Assembly (NCBI GenBank): GCA_002269645.1
Contig: NIVC01002073.1
Span: 66,175 to 130,174 of the forward strand
Direction: 5' to 3'
From: Macrostomum lignano
Taxonomy: Eukaryota
DNA: 64,000 nucleotides
Positions 1 to 8,909 of the stretch are shown one piece after another (positions within the stretch are counted from its first letter, which is position 1; each line of letters opens with the position of its first letter). The position numbers were made by a program, and so were the translations under genes. The notes beneath the pieces were generated by a model. That model had not been told where the DNA came from. It was given only the letters and a program-made list of their open reading frames with translations, and did not search any database.

Positions 1-1735
1 GCTGTCCAGGTGTCCCGGCATGCTGGCCAGGAGCTACAAGGCGCGGTGGCGCCAGCTACTCCTGGTCGTGCGGTGCGGTACCTGGGCCGCGGCAGCGATG
101 AAGCGCGGGTGGTCGGTCGGAAGCCGGAGGGCCTTCTCGTAGGCTGCGAGGCAGAGTTGATCGCGCGTGGTAGCCACAGTGCACACCCCGGCCTCGAGGT
201 GGAGAGCTTCTGCGGGTGTGGTGCGCATCTGGCCGGTGACAATCCGCAGGGCTTGGTTTTGGGCTCGTTGGAGTTTGCCAATAGCGGTGTCGACCAACCA
301 TGGCTGCCAGGCGGCGGCGGCGTAGTGGAGCACGCTATGGTGGAGAGCTTTGAAGGTGCGGAGGAGGCTGTCTTTAGGCCAGCCCCAGTTGCGGGCAGCC
401 AGGCAGGCAAGGAGGCGGCATCTGCTGCCGATCGTGAAGCATACGACCTCGACTTGTTTACGGAACGCTAGGGTGCGGTCCAGGTGGACACCCAGGAAGC
501 GCGGGCTGGCGTTGAACGGGATATCCGCACCATCGAGGGAGATATTCGGCTGAATGTTCGCCTGGTGAGGGTCAGTGGTGAAGATCGCGCACTCGCTTTT
601 GACAGGGTTTAGCTGCATTTTGCACGCGCGACTCCAGGAAGCAACCCGGGCGACGGCGACCTGCATATCCGTGGTAGCTGCCGTGATGCTCCGGTTTTGG
701 CTGCGAAGCGCGATTTCGTCCGCGAACATCAGGATGCTGATTTGCGGTGGGATGCAGTTCACCACGGGGTCGATAAAGATGACGAACAGCAACGGAGCAA
801 TCACAGAGCCTTGAGGCAGGCCTTGGCGAAGGCGGTGGTAGCGACTGACTGTGCCATTGACGCAGACTCTCGCCTGACGATTGCCGAGGAAGGCTCGGAT
901 CCATTTGACGAACACGGCCGGTACGCCTTTGTCAATGAGGGTGAGCAGCAACTTTTCCACCCACACTTTGTCAAATGCTTTACTGTAGTCAAGAAAGACC
1001 ATGATCGAGCGCAACATGGGAGTCTGCTGAAAGCCATCGCTGATACCTTGCACGGCGGCAAGAATCTGGTCTTCGCAGCAGCGTTGTCTGCGAAAGCCAG
1101 CCTGTTGAGGGGACAGCCAGCCGCGAGATTCAGCAAGGAACATGAGACGAGTTGTCACCATGCGCTCCAGGGCCTTGATCACACAAGAGGTGAGGCTGAC
1201 TGGTCTGAAGGACGCGAGGTCGCAGGCTGGCTTCCCTTTCTTGAGCAGCGGGATGATGGTAGCGTTTTTCCATTGTTGGGCGACCACTCCGGCTGACAGC
1301 GAGCGGTTGAAGATCCTGAGAAGCTCGGCTCTCGCGGCGGGACCTAGAGCCTTCAGGAAGCGCGGAGTGACTTCGTCCGGTCCGGGGGCGCCAGTGGGGC
1401 GTTGATGCGCGATGGCCGAGGCCAACTCGACCTCGGTGAAAGGAGTGCAGCCCTCGAGGCGCAAATCCGATTTGCCTTGGCGAGTGGCTACTTTCGCCTT
1501 GCGATTGAGCGCGCAGTCATCGCGATTGAAGCTGAGGCGATTAACCGCGGCATAGTGTTTGGCGAAACGCTCGGCTTTGCTGGCGTTATCACAGTGGGCT
1601 TTGCCGTCGGCCACCAGGGCCTCGTTCGGGCAGTCGTCGGCGGGGGTGCCGCTGAGGCTGCGAACGAGACGCCAGGCTCTGGAGGCGTCCTGGCAGAAGT
1701 CGGAGTCAAGAAGGAAATCACGCCTTGTAGCAGCT
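1..1735 (-). mobile_element. Non-LTR retrotransposon (I-group: Nimb/Ingi/Tad1-like) reverse transcriptase region, 5'-truncated and inactivated; continues off the window start
   Basis: ORF 34..1779 carries LINE RT motifs: APGPDEV, WKNATIIPLLKKGK, FRPVSLTS, QAGFR, FLDYSKAFD, GLPQGSVIAPLLF, FADE (YADD position), RFLGVHLD. An in-frame TAG at 34-36 is followed by open codons (LLASMPGHLDS). The first ~15 aa of the ORF derive from flanking DNA. Confidence 0.93.
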
Positions 1736-1813
1736 GCAACTGATGATGATGACGGTTGATGTACTATAATAATCTTCATGGTAACCGGAGGTAACCTTGT
1801 TAACTAACCATCG

Positions 1814-1879
1814 AAGGTTAATCTAATGTAACCAAGAAGTCAATAGCTATTGACTTCTTGGTTACATTAGGTTAACCTT
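1814..1879. repeat. 66-bp near-perfect palindrome
   Basis: aaggttaatctaatgtaaccaagaagtcaatag|ctattgacttcttggttacattaggttaacctt; the arms are reverse complements with 1 mismatch and no loop. Confidence 0.95.
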
Positions 1880-2107
1880 GGAAATATGGGTAGGCTCTAT
1901 GATTGACGAGCTCAATCCTAAATTGGGTTTCTTGGAAATACGGGTAGGCTCTATGATTGACGAGCTCAATCCTAAATTGGATTTCTTAGAAATAAAATTA
2001 GGCTTTATGATTGACGAACTCAATCCTAAATAGGGTTTCTTGGAAATATGGGTAGGCTCTATGATTGACGAGCTCAATCCTAAATTGGGTTTCTTAGAAA
2101 ATTGGGT
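1878..2107. repeat. 54-bp tandem repeat, ~4 copies
   Basis: Unit cttggaaatatgggtaggctctatgattgacgagctcaatcctaaattgggttt; explains ORF 1862..2230. Confidence 0.9.
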
Positions 2108-2109
2108 TA

Positions 2110-4477
2110 ACCAATAGACTCTAGAGTCTATTGGAGTAACATGTGTGAATGCGAAAATAACAGAAATGAAGTCTCTGTGTTCCAGTCTTGCCAGCTGTGA
2201 GCCGCACGTCAAAGATTTCCGCGAAATCAATTTTTACTTCCCAAGATCATATGCAAACACATGTCACGCACGAATTCGCGTATTCCTAAGATCTTAAGCA
2301 CCACGTGGCGGACTCACGGACAGTAACCGACAGGTAAAACGGCAGTGTTACGAGCTACAGAAATTGTTCAAATGCCATGAAAACCTGTTGGTGAATACCT
2401 CTGAAAAACTGTCGCCCAGTGCCAGCTTGGTGGCAGCTGGAGGGAAGTAAATTTCTACTTTCCTGCTGTGCGCCGCCTGCTCTTTAATAACATTAAAACT
2501 TTTCTGTTCCAACCGGGCGACTTCCCTCTCCACTGCGCCAACCAATTCGATGTCAGTGCGCCTGGAACCGTGAATCCGACGACGCAAACGGGAGTGCATG
2601 GTTTCAAAGAGTCCTGCTGACTGTCTGTGCAGTGGCCCGGCTAGCAGAACGGATGGCAGCATGTGACAGCACACCTGGTGGCTGTTGTACGTGAGGGCCC
2701 TTAGTGAGTATAGGCGCGGCAGGGTGGCATGGAAATGCCGGAGAGTTATTTCGACATGCCGCAACTCGCTTCTTGGGGCACCCTCCAAGGTCATCCAGAA
2801 TACAGCGGAGGATAGGAGCAACAGGTGCCAGTAGTGTTCCGGTGGCAGAAATTCCCCCAGCACCATCGGGCCGAAAGCTAGGATCCAGACTGCTAGCTCG
2901 TGGCCACGAAGGTGACGGAGGTCTCTCAGCTCACGCACCGTGTGGCGCTGCACGCAACTGGGCAGGCGAATGTTCTCCAGGCGACTCTGTACTACGGCAA
3001 TCCGACTGTGCAGATCAGGGCAGTTGGTATCACCCCGGTCAGGCTTCTCATGTCGCACGAGAAACAATTGAAACAGGATGTAGCGAACCAATCCCGAGCA
3101 CAATTGGTGTAGAGAGCACGGTGGTGTCGCCCTGATAAAGTCGAACCCGCACAGTCGCCCGAGCGGCGAGTGTTCACGGACGCCTAGCACGTCGGTGCGT
3201 GAGTTCAGGTTGTGCTGCGCGTGGCGCTCAGCTAGAGTAAATGTGTCATTCATAGACCGAACCAGCGTTTGGGTGCAGCCAAGGCGACGGGCGGTTCCCT
3301 GCATGGCAGGAGTTAGTTGTACGCCGAACACTCGACCGTGCTTCGAGGGGTGTAGGGACGTCAGCAGATAACATTTATCGCATCCATTTTTTGCGGAGAA
3401 GCGCTTCATGCACAGCGCGTCAGCTCTGGCTGGAGCGTCAAACATCGCGATTAGCGGATGAAACCGTAGACGGCGCTGAACGCCTTGTTGGTCAACAAAC
3501 TCCGTCATCGGCGCTGCCGTCATCTGCACTTCCGTCTGAGCCGTCATCTGCGCTGGGTGGGGTGTGGTCCGGATGGGCGGGCAATGAGCCAGAGGCAGAC
3601 ATAGGTGACCGAGAGCGTGTGCGAGCCGCCGCCCTTCGCTTCTGCATGTACGTCCTCATCCAGAGGCGCCTGCGATGCTGTGCGTCCTGCTCCTCCATAT
3701 GCAGCTGACAGCAGAAATGTGGTGCGCTGGAATGGCCGAAAGAAAGCTTTACCTTTGTGTCTCATGTTAACAGTGGCACCGTAATTATTACTCTTTTTAG
3801 AGGCAAAGCTATTACCCTACAAAACGTACGGCAAAATGAAAAAGAAGCTTCCTGTACATCACTGTACAGTTTAAGTCCCTTGACAACATGCCTATGAAAT
3901 GCCAACCTAGAACTCTTCATAATCATGCAAATAAAGAAGGCTGGCGAGCTGTCAAAATGCCAAATTGAATTGGTGTGCGCTGCACAAGAATGACATCATT
4001 TATTAGCGTATCCGGGATTTGCGTACGAATACTATACGAATAAGCAGTCTGTCAGTACAGACAGTACAGTGGGTACAGCTGAAGACTACATTAAGTAAGA
4101 CAGCAATCTTAACATTTGTCCGATCTACGTCCGGAACTTTGTCCGGCGAAATCCGGCTCAATTGCGGTTGAACAGGCTGGAGACAAAGCGGATGAAATTT
4201 CCGGACAAAATACATTTTCGCCCTACTTTCATCCGGACTGAAGTCCGACTTTTCGTCCGCTCTAAGCCGGTCAAAAGTTCGGATCAAATTGCGGATGAGA
4301 TCCGGATCAAAAGTAGCTTGCGAAACCCCTTTGTCCGGATTTGGCCCGGAATTTGTCCCACATTTTGGTCCGGACGTGAAATCCGGATGAAATGCGGATA
4401 AAATCTCTATTTGGTCCGGAAAGGACCCCAAAAGCGGACGAATGGCGGACAAAATCCGGACTAAAAAGCCAAGCGGG
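2110..4477 (-). mobile_element. CMC/EnSpm (CACTA-like) DNA transposon, internally deleted; only one terminus visible
   Basis: The transposase ORF is in the next feature. 4120-4477 is a dense array of (T)CCGGA/CGGAC subterminal repeats ending in ...gccaagcggg|ta, a CCC-type terminus next to TA. The matching terminus was not found. Confidence 0.7.
2348..3547 (-). pseudogene. CMC/EnSpm-type DDE transposase, N-terminal catalytic part missing
   Basis: Motifs FDAPARA, CDKC, SLHQLCSG, WILAFGPMVL, LTYNSHQVCCH, GPLHRQSAGLFETMHSRL match animal CACTA transposases. The probable true N-terminus (3492..3698, MEEQDAQHRRR...SADDG) is in another frame. Confidence 0.85.
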
Positions 4478-4585
4478 TATCTACTGCTACCAAATGGACA
4501 TTCTCAAATTGGTTGACTGTAGCAGTCTAACGGCGCCCTCTGATTTCTCATTAACGCCCGCAAAGCATGGGTATTACTATTATTG

Positions 4586-6793
4586 TGCCATAGACATTTG
4601 TGTCCTTGACAAAGTGGGACAAAATTAGCGGGCAGTTAATGATATTAACTGACCGCTAATTTGCATTAGAGTAAGTTTGAAATAGACAATCGGGCGTTAA
4701 ATGTCAATAAACCATAGATAACGCAACTTTCCGGTACATTTTTTTCAAGTCGCGGGATGTTACATGACTTGATAATCTTAGTTTTTCCGAAATTTTATTT
4801 GTCGGTATATTTCTTCAGTCAGTTGATTCTGACCAGACACTAAACATGCAATATGATAAAAAATTGAATTTAACCGATCATTGCAATGGTCAAAACAGTT
4901 TTCACCAGTATGTTCGCATATTATTTCAGTTTGTTACGTACAGCTAACGATTTATAGCAATCCATCAGGTCGACTACAGGTACCCATCGTACAAATGTTT
5001 TGAACAACGGAACAGTTGTTGAATACGAAGCTGTGGCCACCACTTCCAGATGCACCAGATGAGGTCGTGGCTTCTTGAATCGGCCTGCCATCGACCACCA
5101 GACTAGACGACTTGATTAGGTTCGTAGATGTTCGCTTGTACGCAAGTACGCCGTCGACACTGCGATGGCCCGTACGCTCCATTATAAGCTGCTCGTCCAC
5201 ACCAGCTTGAAAGAGACGCGTCGCACATGTTGCCCTCAGGCTGTGGTTTGTCAGCTTGGGCACGCCAGCATCCTCGGTGATCGTAGCCATCATTTTGCAC
5301 ATGTAGTTTTTGCCAATCGGTCTGTTACAATACCACGCCGCACCGCTATCCCACTTTTTGGCCGATTGGAGGTAGAATCGTGTAGCATCTGGGGGACGCA
5401 CCTTTAGATAAGTCTTGAACGCTTGTAGATGACAGACGGATCTAGCGTGAGAAGGGACGTACAACCGCTCCACTTGTTTGCGACGTTTGTCATTCAAGCC
5501 GCCATGGTAGGTCTTTGATGAGGCTTCTCGGTAAATAAGACACTCTTCGTTATCGCGTATTTCAATTGTTATCTGGGAAAGCATCAGATTCGAATGCTCC
5601 TCACCTCCACGTAGAGCAAAGTGGAGTCCATTGAGAAAAAAGAGCGTCTTGGTCAGCTGATCAGGATTATCCAAGCCGAGGACTCCAGACTGCCATATTT
5701 TTTCTTCGTCAGAAACACTTAAAATCCCAGCTGGCTTACTGTTGAGTGAAGTACCAGCGGCGGTTGACAGTTTCATGGCAGCGTCCAACGAGTCCCTGAA
5801 TGGCCGTAGTTCCATTGACTTGAACAGATCTACTGTCGGCTGGACCTCTCGAATGGCCGAATTAAGTCCAGCGGCTATCGATACTAATGACCCTCTAGGA
5901 TAACGCTCGCCGTTGACCTTTCGCACCTCGTGGATGAAGCGACCGAGAATCGTATTGATTTCCTCACAGCTGAACTCGGTGATGGGCTTCATGCCGATCT
6001 CACTGACACGAGAGCTCACCCATGCCTGGAAAATTCGCAGGGCCCAGTTGTTCCGATTGATTGTGCCCTTTGGACGGACAGACTCGTTCAGCGCGGCAAC
6101 ACTGTCGACTATAGCAAAACGACCGCCACCATCCAACAGTGGTGTCTCAAACGTCTCTATCTCGTATAAATCTTCCAACTCCACTTCTTCTTCATATCTT
6201 TTCATCTCAGCCGCCAGCCACTGATGATCTTGAAAATCTCCACCAGCGCGTGACTTTACGAAATCGAGCGGTAGGACGTTTGGATCGAAGTTGCCAATAA
6301 AATCTTTTGAATAGTCGACGAGTGGATTAAGAATTCGACGCATCGAAAAGCCTTTCGATAGACTCTGTAATAAATGAATGAACTGTCGAAACTTAAATGA
6401 AAGTCAGACCTGATCTCCCGACGTGTAGCTCTTAAGAACATACATCATTTTAGACCATAGACAATTAATTATAAGTGTTTGTTTACGTGGGGGCTCTGCC
6501 CCCACACCCCCGCGGGGGGCTCATCGCCCCCTCGACCCCACCTCTCAGTTAGTAGGCATTTTGGCCATAGACACTTCTTTTTTGTATTTGCAGGATTATA
6601 TTATAACTCCGGGGTATTATCTAATATTATCCCGGAGTTTATCTATGGTTTATATGAGATAAAACATGCCTTCTTCGGGAGTTATTTTCATAAATCCCTC
6701 AAAAGGCATGTTTAATCTGATTCTTAACTGCCCGCTAATTTGAATTAAAGTAGGTGTGACTCCTGCAAGCGGGCTTAAATGTAGTCTATGGCA
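4586..6793 (-). mobile_element. Crypton (tyrosine-recombinase DNA transposon); boundaries inferred from terminal repeats
   Basis: Contains the YR ORF. tgccatagac (4586-4595) and gtctatggca (6784-6793) are inverted. aaattagcgggcagttaa (4622-4639) and ttaactgcccgctaattt (6724-6741) are perfect 18-bp inverted repeats. Confidence 0.75.
4952..6343 (-). CDS. Crypton tyrosine recombinase (DUF3504 / CryptonA-like, related to the ZMYM/QRICH1/KCTD1 domain), intact 463 aa
   Basis: All catalytic residues are present: R (FALRGGEEH), K (SKTYHGG), H-x-x-R (NHSLRAT), H (TGHRS), Y (LAYKR). Also has the N-terminal RFIHEVRKVNGERYP...SL block typical of DUF3504 proteins. No stops or frameshifts. Confidence 0.93.
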   Translation of the reverse strand: MRRILNPLVDYSKDFIGNFDPNVLPLDFVKSRAGGDFQDHQWLAAEMKRYEEEVELEDLYEIETFETPLLDGGGRFAIVDSVAALNESVRPKGTINRNNWALRIFQAWVSSRVSEIGMKPITEFSCEEINTILGRFIHEVRKVNGERYPRGSLVSIAAGLNSAIREVQPTVDLFKSMELRPFRDSLDAAMKLSTAAGTSLNSKPAGILSVSDEEKIWQSGVLGLDNPDQLTKTLFFLNGLHFALRGGEEHSNLMLSQITIEIRDNEECLIYREASSKTYHGGLNDKRRKQVERLYVPSHARSVCHLQAFKTYLKVRPPDATRFYLQSAKKWDSGAAWYCNRPIGKNYMCKMMATITEDAGVPKLTNHSLRATCATRLFQAGVDEQLIMERTGHRSVDGVLAYKRTSTNLIKSSSLVVDGRPIQEATTSSGASGSGGHSFVFNNCSVVQNICTMGTCSRPDGLL

Positions 6794-7456
6794 TTAAAAG
6801 GCAAGAATAAGTGCCCAGCGGGCACAAAGGTCATGGTACAATAAATTTACTCATTCTTAACTTTTGCCAAAATTCTTGTTAATTTTGAAACACCCACACT
6901 TGTGGTTGGCCCACAGATACTAAAATAATTACACGGGCCACTCAGTCATATATACTTAGTAAAACAGCTTTCTACTGTCAGTTCAGTAGCAAAGAGGAAT
7001 ATAAGCTATTTTATAAGAATAAAGGCAGCAGAAATTACTTTGATAAGTTTAGAAGCCAAGCAGCTTGCAGGCGAAACAACTTGCTTATTGGATCAGTGAT
7101 AATGTACATTAGCCAGTCCACTGAAATGTACATGGCACCTTTAGGCTGGAATTCCCAGAAAGGCAATAAAAATTGGGTGGCAGGGAGGGGGGTGTGGAAA
7201 GGCTCAGTTGCAGGGTTTAAGCTAGGGGGTAAGAGCCAATGAATGAGCCTTGACTTTAAATTTAAAAATACAATAAAATGCTTCTGTTTAACTCACTACT
7301 GAACTAAAAGTAGCTTACACGCAAATGTGCTGAGTGGCCCATATGTGGCTTGGCCCAAGGCCGAATTTCCTAAACAAGCCGCAAGCTTTGATTGGTCTGT
7401 TTATGCACAACAATTAAAGCGCTACTTAACTATTACTCTTATCCACCTCAATCCAG

Positions 7457-7684
7457 GTAAAGAAAGTGCGCCATCTGCTCATTTCCGGTCAAACGCGCAT
7501 TCACGTTGATCGCGTGCACAACCTGGGTGATTTTATGGAACTGGAAGTGATGCTGACCGACAGCGACAGCGTGGAAGCTGGCCAGATGATCGCTCAGCAA
7601 CTGATGAAGCAGCTGGGCGTGGCGGAGGCTGACCTGTTGGCTGGTGCCTACATGGATATGCTGTTGGAGCTGAATAGTGGCTAA
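7457..7684 (+). CDS. Terminal exon of a CYTH-domain (CyaB / class IV adenylate cyclase-like) protein; upstream exons not found in the window
   Basis: Acceptor atccag|GTA at 7457. Reads VKKVRHLLISGQTRIHVDRVHNLGDFMELEVML...LGVAEADLLAGAYMDML*, the typical CYTH C-terminus. AATAAA follows ~50 nt downstream. Confidence 0.85.
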   Translation, partial: VKKVRHLLISGQTRIHVDRVHNLGDFMELEVMLTDSDSVEAGQMIAQQLMKQLGVAEADLLAGAYMDMLLELNSG

Positions 7685-7859
7685 CTGAATTATAGAACTT
7701 TACGTGTAGGTGCAATAATATTGTATACTATTGCTAATAAAGTTATTTGTGTTAGGGATATTTTACACTAGCGCCAAGCGGAACAGAAATAAAATACATT
7801 TTATACAGCCAACCATCTCAAATGCCTATTAAAGTAACATTGATCGCTCTTTATTCTCT

Positions 7860-8260
7860 CTGAGATTCGCCCTTAGGTCTTCCTGGGATTCACCGTAAAA
7901 TCTCACCGAGATTCACCCTTCAATTTCACTGAGCTTCACCCTTAATCTACCTGAGATTCACCCTCACATCATTCTGAGATTTGATCCTAAATCTCACTGA
8001 GATTCATCCTTAATCTACCTGAGATTCACCCTTAAATATTCCTAAGATTCACCCTTAAATCTCCCGAGGTTCACCTAAAAATCTCACTGAAGTTCACCCT
8101 TAAACCTCACTGAGGTTCACCTAAAAAAAACTGAAGTTCACCCTTAAACCTCACTGAGGTTCACCTAAAAATCTCACTGAAGTTCACCCTTAAACCTCAT
8201 TGAGGTTCACCTAAAAATCTCACTGAAGTTCACCCTTAAACCTCACTGAGGTTCACCCTT
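7860..8260. repeat. Degenerate ~23-bp minisatellite
   Basis: Unit approximately cactgagattcacccttaaatct. Confidence 0.85.
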
Positions 8261-8909
8261 ATCTCACATTTACTGTTCTATTTTTCACCGAGGACCTCCC
8301 CTCAATGAACTCTAGTATATTCAAATTACCATAAAAAATAGTCACTGAATCGTTGTTATTCTATTGTATGCAGTGGTTTTCGAAAGTTTTTCAAAGCTTT
8401 TCAAAAGTACTCTATCATGTATTTTTTAATTATTATAAATATATGCATTTATGTTTCCATAATATCTATAACTTGACAGTAATTTCTTGTTAAAAACGAT
8501 AAAATCTGTTTGTCCATTAAAAAAACTTTCAGCAACCCCTTTTCCCTTTTTTAATCATTTTGACGGAGGTCAACTATGACTCAGCCCACAAAAGCGGCGA
8601 GTGAATGAGCCATGCCTTAGGTTCACGCCTTCGGAAGCAATTAACATGCTTATATATTTCAATCTGTTCAATCTACTACAGACCCATGTTATTGTAATGA
8701 AGGCGCTCTCGTGCAATACGCCTATGAGAATCTTCAAGTGTGCTTGGCCTGAGAATTCGGTTGTACAGCTTGCTGCTGGCTTTTTCTTCCTGTCTCAGCA
8801 AGACTGGCAGCTCAGTCTACTCGGTTCAGCATAGTGAGTGTGTTTATATAAGCGTGTCTTAGCTTGTCCGGCCCTCCAGTAGCAGAGAAAGTTTTAACAC
8901 GCGCTTAGA

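Noticed and set aside
10-1759. Plus-strand and alternative-frame ORFs overlapping the LINE (e.g. 10..471, 697..1296)
   Set aside because: Antisense shadows of a GC-rich RT ORF with no recognisable motifs.
1878-2107. CRISPR-like array (also considered for the other regular repeats)
   Set aside because: Units are contiguous tandem copies without unique spacers, there are no cas genes, and the context is eukaryotic.
4003-4628. ORFs 4003..4452, 4162..4401 and 4392..4628
   Set aside because: They arise from the CCGGA-rich subterminal repeats of the CMC element.
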